Shown piece after piece: positions 1 to 12,697 of a stretch of 64,000 nucleotides of DNA. A program made the position numbers and the translations under genes. The notes under the pieces are model-generated. The model was not told the DNA's origin. It made no database searches and worked only from the letters and a program-made list of their open reading frames with translations. How positions within the stretch are numbered: the stretch's first letter is position 1; the number at the start of each line of letters is the position of its first letter. Source of the DNA: Cystobasidiomycetes sp. EMM_F5 (lineage: Eukaryota); NCBI GenBank assembly GCA_051047955.1, contig JBPGPT010000005.1, positions 620,001 through 684,000 on the forward strand. The letters are read 5' to 3'.

Positions 1-1008
1 TACCTGACATTCCCAATCGCGACATCTACTGTCTTGATCTGCCAGGTATGGGCGCAAGTACAGCTTGCGTCCATTCTGCACAGCGAGTCTTTCGCAGTGC
101 ACGCAAGGAAGCGACTGACGGCGGGTCAGATCTTGCAAGTCTCGTGATTCATACAGCGTCGAGGTTCTCTAGCTGAAACGCACTGGATGTAGGCATTGCA
201 CTTTTACTCGTCGGCCATTGAGGCTTGGCGTGTTCAGATTGGTCTTGAGAAGATGGATCTCGTAGGGCATTCGCTGGGTGCGCCGGAACAGGCTTATTGG
301 GTTGTGAATTATTGACCGAGGGCATTTTCAGGAGCTCTCGTCTCACTGCACTTGGCGACGAGCACTGCTGCTGCGAGTATTGACAAGCTGATCCTGCTGT
401 GTCCTGCCGGATTAAAAGCAGCTCCGGTAGCACCGTCTTCGAGCGGACCGAAATTGGGCGGAAAGGAAGCTGAAAAGCCGTTCCTGCGGGCACTGAACAA
501 GTTCCTCGGGTTTTTATGGTCAACTTGGGGCCTGACACCTCTTAGCGTCGCTCGGTTAAGCGGGCCAATGATGCCACTACTGATTCATACGTTCCTGCGA
601 AAGTATGCGCACTGGCAATTGGGAGATGCCGCAACCAGCGATCTGTTCCATACGTATTTCTATGCTCTCGTACGAAATAGAAGCTCCGCCGAGGTGTTTA
701 TGCGCTATGCAGTCGGTACGTCTTGCTCGCGTTGTCTAAGCCATTGAAGTCAGAGACTGAGCTCTGCTCTAGGGCCCCGTGGAGACTCAGCGGCCATGTC
801 GAAAGACATGATGTCCACTCTGGATCAGCATGTAGATGTTTCTTGCGTGAGAGGAGAATATGACTGGGTTCCTCCCTATGACGGGTTACTTGTGGCAGAT
901 CAGCCGGTACGCATCATCCAGCTTCCCGGACTGGGACACAGTCCGCACTTTGAGGATCCGAAACGTGTATGGGCAGCTTTGCGTTCGCTTCTCACAACTT
1001 CCTGCTAG
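1..1008 (+). CDS. Alpha/beta-hydrolase, ABHD4/ABHD5 (Cld1/Ict1)-like lipase/acyltransferase; 5' end lies outside the window; multi-exon
   Basis: Spliced reading gives IYCLDLPG, AIEAWRVQIGLEKMDLVGHSLG|ALVSLHLA (nucleophile elbow split by an intron), KLILLCPAG, and a C-terminal VRGEYDWVP...LPGLGHSPHFEDP catalytic Asp/His region. Confidence 0.75.
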
Positions 1009-1247
1009 TCGATATATAGGCTTGTTGTGACTTCCGACGTGCCTGCTTCTTTGGGATGCGCTGGTTTCCGTTTGAATAATCAATCACCAGCGAAGATTGA
1101 AAAGGTGTCTCAGAATTCCTGATATGAATACGTGACATGCAGTCCGGTGCTGCGACAGCGTCAATCCAGAAAGGTCTTACCAGTTGTTGAAGGCAAAAGC
1201 TGCATCAGCCGGACCATCTGGGCGAGCACATCATTGAACAACGCAAA

Positions 1248-3752
1248 ATGGATCCAGACGTGTCTGTCGTCGACAACTCGCAGGCTCTGACGCTGCTACC
1301 TCAGCCTATGACGGGCCAGTTGCAGCCATATGCGCCGACACCCAAATCCGCAGAAACCGCCAGCTCTTCCACGCTACGTACAGTACCGGCTTTCCTGAAC
1401 AAGTTGTACAGGTAAGCTAGTATTGTTTTGAAGCCAGGTAGTCAACCGTGATGGTTAGGCATCGCGCAACGATGGTCTGCACACTGATCATGACGCATTC
1501 CTGTATTGCCTGAACAGCATGGTCAATGATTCAACCACCGACAACCTCATACGATGGACCCCTTCTGGTACTTCGTTCATCGTTCCATCTTCCGAAAAGC
1601 TTGGCCGAGAACTCTTGCCTCGTTTTTTCAAGCACTCAAATTTTGGGTCATTTGTCCGCCAGCTCAACATGTATGGGTTCCACAAAGTGCCTCATCTACA
1701 ACAAGGAGTACTGAGACTAGAAGGCGATGCTGAGAAGGAAAAGGCGGAAATGTTGGAGTTTCGCAGCGAGAGTGAGCGAAGTTGGCTAGTGCACTAGACT
1801 TTAGTAAGTGAAACTAATGTGCATCTTCTTTGTCTAGATTTCCAACGCGACCAACCCGATCTTCTGTATTTAATCCACAGGAAGAAGGGCGCGGCCGGCG
1901 CCATAAATGATGGAGCGGATGGTCTCGCTGGGGAACAGAAAGATCAGGGACCCTCTGGCAGCCTACCGCCAGCTGCTCTAACGAAGTTTCATGGTGATCT
2001 ACAGAATCTCCTGGGAGAAGTAGCGGCAGTGAAACGGCATCAAGCGATCATATCGGCCGAATTACGAGACCTTCAAAACACAAATCGACAGCTTTGGCAC
2101 GAAACCATTGCAAATCGAGCAAATCACGAAAAGAATGGTGATATGATTGACAAGATACTCAAGTTTCTTGCTGGCGTTTTCGGCGGTCGTGTCCTCGGCG
2201 AAGGTGGTTCGAACTTTTCTACAGGGAATATCCAGGCAGCAAACACGAATTCTGGTCTTGGTCTTGACTCGTATAACCAACGCACGTCAAACTTCCACGA
2301 CCCGACGCAAGCTTCGGAACCTGCGATAAATCGCAAACGGGTGGAGAGACACAATTCTGGACTCGAACTTGTTCCGGCCGCCAAGCGGCAGCGCTTGCTG
2401 CTCAAGGATTCGCCGAAGAAAGGAGCCTCAGCATCGTCTCGGGCGAATCAATCGACAGCTGACCACAACATTGACTCATACTTCGAGGAATTGCATTCTG
2501 ATGAAGATGTTCCAGCAAATACCATACGGGACGATGCATCAACATCGGTGTTATCCATGACGAACTCCCCTGTGGAAAGGCCGGCCGCAACCTTCGAGGA
2601 TGTTGCAGCAAATCAAGGAGCAGGAATGCCTTCTTCAGCACCGAATTGGAATATCGACAATACTACACAACAGCCAGTCCCTGTACCACCTCTCAACTCC
2701 AACTTCCCCACAGATAATTACGCGAACGGCAATTTTGCGATAGATTGGCCTGCTATCAATTCCTATCTGAATGACCCCAATTCATCGAGCAGAACAAATG
2801 CTCTCCCTGACTATAGCTCCTACAATTTTCCCGATCCTACAGCTTTATTACAAAGCATTGGCTATGTTCCCGGTGTGAACTCGCCTGCCCCATTACAGCC
2901 CGAAGGACATGATGGCTTGTCGATCCAGCCACAGAATGGCACGCCGTTATCGTCCTTCGCTTTGGCCCTGTCTCCTCAAAACGGTGCCTATCAATCCAAT
3001 CAACAACAGATGCACAGCTATGACTCTGCATTGGACAATGCAGTGTCTGAGAACGCCCGGCTGAAAGAACGGATGGACAGTCTCAATACGGCAATCAACA
3101 AGCTTGTCGCCCAGATGCCGCAATCTTTCGACCCATCGGCTACAAGTTTGCCCGCAAACAACACATACAGCGCGGGTATCGGCGACGATTTCGACTTTTC
3201 GCAGTATTGTGAGTAGCCGTTTCAAAGTGCATATCTGACAGACAAGAATGTACTAAATGGCATCTGTCAGTGGATCACGCAGGAATTGACGAGAATGGAC
3301 AAGCGCCATTAGCACGCACTGCATCATTCGACGATGCCTTGGCGCAGTACCTAGGACAAGATCCAGAAGTTCTCGCTCCCAATGCACCAGTGCCTCAAGA
3401 CCCTACACCATCTTCTGGCGCCCCGCTGCCTTCGGATTCTGCGGTACCCTTGGCAATTTCTCATACGCCGGTCCCAGTACCTGCGTCGATATCAACCCCT
3501 CCGCTGCTTGACGAAGTTCCAGGTCTGCCTGTTTCCGCCGATGTCAGCGAGCCTCCTGCAGCCGTGCCAGCCGTGCCAGCTCCGGCCCCCGGCAAGAAGC
3601 GCAAGAAGAAGACTGGTGATGTACCGTCTGAGGCCCACAATACCAAAGCATCGCCTGCTGATCTATCCACACCGGAGGTCAAGCAGGAAGCTGAATCGCC
3701 AGACGGTACCGCTCCAACGAAGCGACGCTCAGGACGCGCCAAGAGGTCATAA
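1248..3752 (+). CDS. HSF1: Heat shock transcription factor (4 exons)
   Basis: HSF DNA-binding domain VPAFLNKLY|SMVND...IRWTPSGTSF...LLPRFFKHSNFGSFVRQLNMYGFHKV...FQRDQPDLL, followed by an HR-A/B coiled coil (ELRDLQNTNRQLWHE...IDKILKFLA); GT-AG introns. Confidence 0.93.
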
Positions 3753-3896
3753 AGCGCAGCATTATAGTCCGAGCAATTGTTGAGACCCTGTAGCTACTAA
3801 ATTTGCGATCTACGAACATGCGGAAGACGTTGTAGCAAGTAGATCCGTCAGAGCCAAGGGTTGGTGCTGCGTCGACCAGAGCTGTCCAGCGAAAAC

Positions 3897-4245
3897 ATGG
3901 CCGCTTCAAGACTAGAGAACCCGTTTGAAGAACAGCAAGTCGTTATACTAAACCGCATCATGGGCCATGTTGTCTGTACAGCGCAGCTGTATGTTCGCCT
4001 GGATACATTGCTGACAGGCCTGAACAGGAACAGCTCAACGAGGGACTGCTCGAGCTCACAAAGTCGCTTACCGTAGGCCAAAGCAGGCATTCCATATTTC
4101 TTCGCTGACTTTGCTTCTTGCGACGCAGGAGGTAAACAATCTCAATCAGGAAACTGCCCAATTCGCGTCAATGTACGCGGCCTACACGCGCAACATGCAA
4201 TTCAACAGCACGCAGAACCAGAAAGCGCAAGACAGTTCTCAATGA
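3897..4245 (+). CDS. DAD4: DASH/Dam1 kinetochore complex subunit Dad4 (3 exons)
   Basis: Spliced MAASRLENPFEEQQVVILNRIMGHV|EQLNEGLLELTKSLT|EVNNLNQETAQFASMYAAYTRNMQFN matches the Dad4 pattern ENPxEx.Q..IL.RI..NV..LNE...Y...VQFN. Confidence 0.85.
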
Positions 4246-4316
4246 GTGAAGGCTGTGCGCGCCCGGTGCAAAGATGCCGACAGCATCGACATTCCTGAAA
4301 CAATATACATCGCTGC

Positions 4317-7300
4317 CTATATACACTTTGGAGCTTGGAAGGATGCCGTGGACTCCCGCAAACTAAAGTATAGTCCCGGCGGCTTGCTCGAACGTTCATA
4401 CGAGCGCCATCCCAGCCACTCTTGCAGCTTCTCCCACGCTCGTTGGCGGAAATAGACTAGGTTTCTGCCAGATGCGAGACTCGTGGCTCTCTGGTCATAC
4501 AACTCTTCAAATGCCCACGGCGGCCGATTACGAGTAAAGTCTTCGTCGTGGTCTGTCCCTTGTCCGGTATCATATGTCAGCATCGTTTCGTTGCCGAATG
4601 AATCGTCCATGTCAAAAGGCTTCAAGCGGTCGAGTTCGTGAAAGTCGACTTGGTGACGATGTCTTCCCACTTTTACGCGAATGGAGTGGGCAGTGCCATG
4701 AAACAACATCTCGTCTAGGTAGAAATAGATTCGGCTGCTCGTTGTCAGCGTTAGCCTGGTGGGCTTCCAGATTCGATGTTGTGCTTACTTCAATACACCA
4801 TTGTTGAAGAATCGCCTTTGGCTGCGTCCCCAGAGACCTCTCTGCGCCAAGAAGTCTTCTAAACTCGCGCGCGTCATCGGGCGGTAGCATATGCTGGTCC
4901 GATAATGAGGAGAGAAGTCGGCTTCGTGCTTTACCATCGCGCTGATGGCCTGATAATTGCGTCTCCACAAATCATCCCAAGCAAGATACCACCACTGGCA
5001 CAGAAAGTCGCGTTGCACGGCTTGCATGCGGAGGAGGGTGTAGTCTATTGCGCCAGAGTTACGATCCGCCAATTGTCTAACACTGGTTTCGTATTCGCTT
5101 TGTAGGGCATTATCAAGAGTCTCTTTGTCAAGCGCGTCGTTCCCGTAGACGCTGACTAGGAAATTGTACGACAGGACACTCTGCTTGTGCCATGCCTCTT
5201 CCGCAAAATAGGCTTGATGCGCATCCAAGCGTGATTTGATATCGGTAAGCTCATCGTGCAGTAGAACTCGGTTGAGCTGGAAAAGACGAGCTAGCTCGGG
5301 CGTCAATTGGTATGATGGCGTAATTCCAAGAGTCCGCGCATTAGCGGTGAACGATATGCCGTTCCGTTCCTTTCCTTCTCTGGTCAGCTGACGGCCATCA
5401 CGATACTCCATTGTGATCCTAAATCCAGAGTTATAGCTAGTACACCAGGGAGTAAACGTATCAATGGACGCTTCCGTAATGAGGGTTGTTGATCTTACTT
5501 GTAGCCTTTCCAGCAATATTGAGAATTTCTAGCTATTCGAAGCACACCATAATCATGGAGCACAGGCTCCTCATGGTCTTCGCTATGTTGATTGAAGATG
5601 CGCGACCACCTTGTATAAGTCCGTGAACCGACTCTCGGAAGGTAACATTTCTTGTTCTCCAGAGCTCGTATAGCCTGACGCACATTTCGTGCCGCTATGA
5701 TCTCAGTAGAAGTATTCTGGCGTAGATACTCTTGGAGATCTGCTCGGTCCCGGATGAAACTTGGCGTCTTGCCCTCGTCATAATAGAATATCAACGTGTA
5801 CGGAAAGGGTAAGATGCTGGTTCGGCCAAAGAAGCTCTGCCCGTCTATTTCATATTGTGTAGAGTCTGGTAGCCAGAAACAGTCTGGTCCGGTGTAGTAT
5901 CGCTGTATTGTCTCCTGCAGCTGTCGCAAAGCGAGGCTTTCCACTTCCGAGTTATGTTGTTGGAGTGCATCAATGTATCTTTGCATGCCGATCTGACGTA
6001 GAATCTGTCGCCAAGGGCCTCAGAGATGTAGACTGATCTTTATGAAAGATTTCGACCTCGAGCTCACCTTGAGATTCTCTACGTGTCGTTCTCCCGCCGC
6101 CCCTTGGAAATGCAGCAGGTACGGCGGCAGTGATTCTTGCGTTCTCTCAGTGGCGATGGTACCGAATGTAAGTATCGCTTCTGCATCTTTGATTTTGTAT
6201 GCTGGCTCGGCGAGTAGAATGGTACTAAATGTTTCCTGCTTGATGCGCCGGACGATATGTTTTGGAAGATCGAGATGCGGGGAAAAGATATCAACAGAGA
6301 AGTCCAGACGCTTTTGAAATCGCTTGATGATTTGCTGGGCAAAAGCCGTGCCGACTAGCGCATAGTAGCCATTTGCCAGATAACATGCAGCCATAACGAG
6401 ATAGACGGCCCATCCCTGTAAGGCTTCCTGCCCTGGCAGCCGGAGCGCTACGGCCAAACTCATCAAGGCCAGTATGACGTACGTAATACGGGAACACCAG
6501 TCTGCTTAAGGGCTCGTCACGTATCTTCAGTATCTCTGTGTAATATGCGTACCGCTATTATTGGACAGAGAGTCAATGAAAGGTCTCGCCCATGTTTCCA
6601 GAATCATCCAACACCCCATGAAAGCCAGCTAATCAAGCGCCCAATCAGCTCCCTACTATCTGAACATGAGCTTGCCTACGATAGTCCCGCCTCGTACGAT
6701 ATCCAGGTAAGCCCGCGTTCTAGAGCGGAACAAGCAATTATCTTTGGTGATTAAAGTGACTGCCAGAACGTTGACCAATTTCAGAGCCATGTATGCACTC
6801 TTGAAGCCAGCCCACTTCCTTCGATAATCTCGATACATGAAGGAGAAGGGTGATCTGTCAATCTCGAGCAGCCTCTCGTACTCGGCTGCATTTCCTGTAC
6901 TTCGGCGTTTCTCTCCCAACTCTGTGTAAGGGTCGACTGTGGGAATACTGGCTTGCACGACGGTGAACAGCCGTATAGGAAACCAGACGGTAACAATAAG
7001 AATAGTCAGAGTTGCGACAATCAGAATCGGGGGTGCCCAATTGAAACTTTCTCTGCGCATGTTTGTACGATAGCAAAAGTCCAGTGTCTCGTAGTATGCT
7101 GCGCTCGAGCCAAGTGGAGGCAGATTAGGAGAGTCTGTTCCGATGTACGGATTCGACGGTAGGGCCCAAAAGTCTGATGACCATGCGAGTGCGCCGATAC
7201 TGATCTTGGACAAGGGGACATACAGACTAGTGATGATGAAGACTATGGTCATACGATATGCGCGAGAACGTCGGAGTCTTCCGAAAAACTTGTAGAAACC

Positions 7301-9157
7301 GCCTGTTGAGCCGTTGATAGCATGCCTGCAAGGCCCGCTGTGCGCATGCACTTCCTCGCTGTCGAGACCTTCTCCCAGATCTTCCTTCTTGCGGCCAAAG
7401 AGAAAGCCAAAACCTCCTGCGATAATCATAAATTCGTAGCAGGCCCACATGCAGATCAGTGTGAAAATCCAGAGCCATGTGATAGCGTGACCAAAGGATG
7501 AGACAAAGTCCAGGCCAAGTATGCGATTGATCTTAAGCATCAGCTGAGCCGACTTCGCCGTCTTTGAGGTGTCTTCTGTAGCTGAAGTAGGCTCGGAGGT
7601 ACCGTACGACGGCGAGAGATGCTGTAGCGCAAGCCCAATCGTCTGTACCAAATCTCGAAAGGCCTCGACAGTGAGCAGACTGATAGCAGCTGAAGATCCT
7701 TCGGCACCCAGGACCCCATTAATGCCGGTGCTGAGAAGGGTGTTGAAGGAGATGAGAGGAAGTCGAGATGAGCGATTGTGCTTGAGATCCGATATTGTCA
7801 ATTTGGGCGGTAAGAGATGCATAGGCGGAAACATCAGCTGACGCTTAAGGGTTTCTGCAGTACTTGCGGCAAAGCGCTGTGCTTCCTCTTTAGAGCCTGG
7901 TGCGCAACTCTTCCGCGGTTCGTCAATCCGATTGTATACCCGCCGGCGAGTCGGTCTCCATGAACACACCCGTCGCAAAGTCCTCTTCCACCATGGCGCA
8001 GCATAGTTCTCCTTACTGCCTTGTGACAGCCATTCATTCCACACCGCAAGTTCCTGACTATTGAGCACCTTCTCAGGCTCAGGAAACGATATTTTCGGCA
8101 GAGATTCGATATACGCATCTAGCAGTGGAAGGTGCAAGGGCTTGGCAGAAGGGAGGAAGACGGTGTACGCAGGAATATCAGAGGTTCCTGTGGTCAAGCT
8201 TGAGATTCCACCGGTGGAAATCGAAGTTGGCAGTGATGGACGGAAAACGTCTGCACGCACGTCTTCTCTCGGCTGCTGTTTAATTGAGGATTCGCCTTTA
8301 CTGATAATGGGCAGATCATCCACAGACGTGTATGTCGGAGGTTCTGATCGTATACTCTTTTCCGTCTCGGAGGCCAAAGGAGGAGAGTACGGCGATATGT
8401 CGACAAATTTATCAGGGTGGGCGGGCTTGGGAGCTGTTTTGTCCTTCGCTTGTGATGTCCTCGTCCGTGATGTGGTGTCGTCGCTTGCTAAAGTGTGCCG
8501 GGTTTCAATGAGCTGTCGAAAGAGAGAATGCGTACTTCCGCGTGGAATGAGATCTGGCTTGGTGGCATCGACCTGAGTGCCAGTGGTAGATGTGCGAGTA
8601 GGCGAGACGTGCCTCTGACGGAATCTGTCGACGATTGCAGGCGGTATATTTGTCACATCCCCTCCCACTGACTTGTCGGGGCTATCTCTGGCGGATGTGT
8701 CCGAGAATGAGGGTTGTTGAAGCTTCTGTGTAAAAGCCGTTCCTGTAGTGCGTTGCTGAGCAGAAACCAGTCTCCCACCCATCACGTGTTGTTTCACCGT
8801 GACGGGTGGCGACCAAGATGGCGTAAATTGTGTTGCCCATGTCGGTCTGATGGGCGTGTCTGACTGGCACTGCGCGGCAGGAGAGGCTCCTTGGGTGTCT
8901 AGTGGTCCAAGCACGCCGTTCGTTGGACTGTGTCCATCTGGAGCAGTATCATCGGATATTGCAATGTTGCTGATGCGTGCAGTCGGTGAGCCAACATCCG
9001 GGGCAAGGGCTGCGGACTGCCGTCGAGGTGTAGGCGTACGATTTGCGCTATGGATGCTTGTCGGGGATGCAGACTGTCCGCGCTCAGTATGCTGCCTGTC
9101 CTCAAAGTAGCGGACGAGGTCTCTAGTTCGCCCAGACGGTGACGGCGAAGGACCCAT
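4317..9157 (-). CDS. Large (about 1500 aa) uncharacterised polytopic membrane protein with a disordered N-terminus and a TRP/FLC-like transmembrane region
   Basis: Consecutive minus-strand ORFs (6656-9157, 6020-6466, 5495-5986, 4785-5516, 4317-4709) are joined by GT-AG introns; several hydrophobic helices; motifs SPFSFMYRDYRRKW and RPFIDSLSNNSADWCSR. Confidence 0.75.
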
Positions 9158-9604
9158 TGCATGAGCAGCGTCAGCAGGTAAGTAGCAGAATCAGCATTAG
9201 AATACGAAGACTGCACTCAGTGAGCGTCGTTGGGAGGTAGTCAGTCGCATTTTAGCCTCCTGGCCGCTCCAACAGTCACGGCACAGCTCGGGCAGCAGAC
9301 CAGGAGCTTTGAAGCGCGTTGCATTTGGCTGGAAGACTGCGACTGCGACAGTTTGCAAGGCTGAGGCATCTACTCGAGTGCTCGCAGGTGTGCTGGAGCT
9401 TCAGAAATCTTCACAGCTTTCCGGTCCCATTTCCGGTCTACCCTCGAGGTCAAAAGAAAGAAAGACCTGCATCGCTTCAACGCAGACCAAACTTGGACTT
9501 TCGCCAAAAAAGTCATCAATTTCATACAGTGAGCCTGCAGCAAGTTGTACTGCTCTGCAGGTCTGTTATCGATGCTGAGGATGCTCCTCTTCACCCTCCC
9601 AGCC

Positions 9605-10600
9605 ATGGCTAGACTGCAACAAGCTGCTCTCCTCGCAGGACTGACGTTGACCGGTGAGATAACACTCGAAATTCAAAAAGAAAGCTGAGAATCGCAGGTC
9701 TGACAATGTTTCACTCACTCAACAGGTCGTGCATACGCGTACAACTGCTACTACGATGTGCGTTGACCTCGCTGCAAGAGCTTCAGACCTTCCTGCACCG
9801 CCACGTTTGGCTCGCTGACGATTGACTTGCTGCAGGTTTACAACAACTACGTCTGCGATGGACTGACGTACGGTGCAAGGACCGGTATCGCTGCTGCAAT
9901 CAGTGAGTCTTCCTATCCATCCTTCCCTCTCCGCTGGCAATGCTCCGCAGAGCTTCCCCGTCGTCCAGCTCAAAAAGGCTTGGCTTTCGGCACAAAAAAA
10001 GCCAAAAGCGGTGATGTGGACGCCCATCGCCAGAAGCACGACGACGGGGAGACTTTGAGTGTTTGCTGGCCCACTCTAAGAGAGCTGCTCCGTTGGTCAC
10101 ATTACTGACACGTTCTCTCTCACCTTCTTACAGTCATTGTCGTATGTCTGCTTCTTGGAGGTGTTCTCTTCGTTCGAAGAAGGCGGATGCAAAGGCTGCA
10201 GATGCAAGCAGCTCAGCAGGGGTTACAAACCAATACCAATACCAACCTTCCCCCGTCTGGCTACTACCAGCAGCCGTATGGAGCTCCGGGAGCAGCCGGT
10301 CAACCACAGCCGGGGTACTATGGCGCACCGCAGCCTCAGGGTCAGTACTACTACGGACCTGATGCAGGCAACTGGCAAGCTCCTCCTCAATACGAAGCTC
10401 CTCCCGCGACAAAGGGACCGCAGAATAGAAACAGCGATGCTACTGTCGTAGGGGACGGTCCAGCCGTCGAAGACGTCAACACCAAACCAGCATCGGCTAA
10501 TTACTATGGCATGAGCGGTCACGAACAGTGGAGTGGCAATGTCCAATCGTATCCTGCCCCTCAAGGTCCGCCGCCAACCGATAATACTCATCGCGTCTAG
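9605..10600 (+). CDS. Small single-pass membrane protein, RCR (Congo red resistance)-like, with PY motif (4 exons)
   Basis: Spliced MARLQQAALLAGLTLT|GRAYAYNCYYD|VYNNYVCDGLTYGARTGIAAAI|IIVVCLLLGGVLFVRRRRMQ...: signal peptide, two-Cys ectodomain, TM helix, RRRR stop-transfer, and a Gln/Pro/Tyr-rich tail with APPQY. Confidence 0.7.
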
Positions 10601-10997
10601 ATCCACATGAAGATTCTACATATCCCTGTCGACTCGAATTCAAGATGAAAGTTTTGCAAGTCGTAGCTCCGTCTGTACATATGCCGTCTCCGCGGCCGCA
10701 GTAAATAAGATTGAAGTGGGTGTTGCAGAAACAGACAACATGCTCTACATGTACAGAGGTATCGAATACAAACACAATTAACACGATTTGCGATGTAGAC
10801 TTAGCTTTCTGCATTGACTAGCTTCACTTATCAACTTGACCACCTTACGCCGTCCGATTTCCACTTATCCCATAAATGCCCACTAATCGAAACTGATTAC
10901 TGAGATTTTTGTAGATGACTCAACCACTACGACTTTCTCTTTATTACCTGTCTATGCCAAGCGCTACGGATCGCCGATGACGCCCTCCCTTTGAAAG

Positions 10998-12233
10998 TTA
11001 ATAGAAGCGTCGCGGAATGACACCGCGCTTTCGTAGACGGTATAGATACAGGAGGCCTGCTGCTGCTCCACCAAGGTGAGCTGCAGCTCCATAAAGCCCA
11101 TCCTGCGGGAGAAAGTCTGTATCAGCGGCAGTATGCGGGGCATACGAGACACGACCTTACAGGATATGCAAGTGTGTAAAACAGATCGAATGACATTATA
11201 CCTCCCACAGCCAGCCAAGCTGGAGCTGGCAAGACGAAGAAAAGGAGTATTGTGTTGCGTGGAAAAGCTCCCGCAAAGAAAGCCAGAACACCGTAGATCG
11301 CACCGGACGCGCCGACACCCCATGCGTGCCTGCGAGCATCGCTGGCGCTTGCCGTTGGCAGCTTGCTGATAAGATATGTGACACTGCCAGCCAATCCTGC
11401 TGTCAAGTACAGCCCTATGGACTGAGTCACTGTGAGTATACTGAACGCCGAGGGTGCTGCATGCCAACATTCGTCAGTTTGCTCCCTCCTGTTTTGGGAA
11501 TACCATGTCGATTGAGCTTACCTAGGAATGCCATCGTCAGCATGTTGAACAGAATGTGCTGGGAGTCCTTGTGCGAGAAACAGGACGTCAACAGCGTCTG
11601 TGACATGCCAGATACATGTATTAGCCTTGCCAGCACTCGGGCTAGGGAAAAGTCGCTTTTAACAGGCATACCCAGGGTCGCGTTACGTTCGCCCAGGACA
11701 CAGTAAAGTTTTCATACATGAACTGAAAGAGCTTTGCGTCGCCGAATCTGTCAAAACACCTTAGCAAAAGCCTGTAATACTTGTCGATAAAGCAAGCTGC
11801 CCTACCTCTCGTACACTGATTGACTGTAAGTCCATGCTCCGAAGACCAGTGTATTCAAGCCAATGATTGCGTAAACGACCCAGTCTTTGGGAAATCTTCT
11901 GTTCACTATGTCGCGCCAACGCTTGATGGTGCCTTGCGGGCCGGGTCGAGATGCAGGTGTGGGATAGGGATTTGCGCGAGCTTTACCATATGGTGACGAG
12001 AACAGACTGCGTAGTGAAGTTGTGGAGAACGGACGATAGGATTGCGATGAGGACCGTAGCGGCTTCAAGGAGATCTTCAAGGCCGGTTGGATTTTGAAAC
12101 CAGTCCGACATGTTGAAAAGAAGAATGACCCAAGCGGTCTCCCAGCATGTCGACATGACTTTGTCCTGATACTAGCCTCGCGGAATGGCCCAAATTCATG
12201 CGACAGGCGCCCCAGGAGCCGGTTCATGTTCAT
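10998..12233 (-). CDS. Rhomboid intramembrane serine protease, PARL/Pcp1-like (copy 1)
   Basis: Arg/Ser-rich presequence; RPW|TLLTSCFSH..HILFNM; GVGASGAIYG (catalytic Ser); last exon DGLYGAAAHLGGAAAG (catalytic His), ending IPRRFY*. Confidence 0.85.
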
Positions 12234-12697
12234 CCTTTCCCACTGACGCTAGGACGGCACCAGTCTGACTTCCTTGTCGACTGTTAAAGGATACCTATAT
12301 CGTGTCGGCAGGCTGTCCTACTTGAAGTGGACTCTTTTCAGAATGGGTGAAAAAGAGATACTTGGCATATGGAGCAATATACAGCATTGACGCCACAACG
12401 AAATGCCTTTAGTATTGCAATCCAACACGCAACGTCCTGCAGATCTAGCGATCGGATTGTTAACGTCGTCTTATTCCGCTCCTGAGCCCCAGGCTTGGCC
12501 ATTAATATTTCCGCCAATCCGCTGGCACTTTTCCTGCACCAATTCCTTCCCAGAAAGGCTTTGCGAAACCATTATAAGCATCTTGTTTGCGCAAAGCGAA
12601 GAAAAGCATGCATCATATTCACAATAAGACGGAGAAGGAGTACAAGTTTGACTTGAAGATGCACATAACATATGGGAATTGACAAAGAGGCTATGGA

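Noticed and set aside
1786..1797. Perfect palindrome CTAGTGCACTAG in HSF1 intron 2
   Set aside because: A single short palindrome in a normal-length intron is expected by chance in 64 kb
9903..10133. Hammerhead ribozyme, TPP riboswitch or box C/D snoRNA as the identity of the structured intron
   Set aside because: No CUGAUGA/GAAA core and no TPP consensus; the only C-box-like word (GTGATGT) is mismatched and buried in a hairpin, and the only CTGA is the branch site
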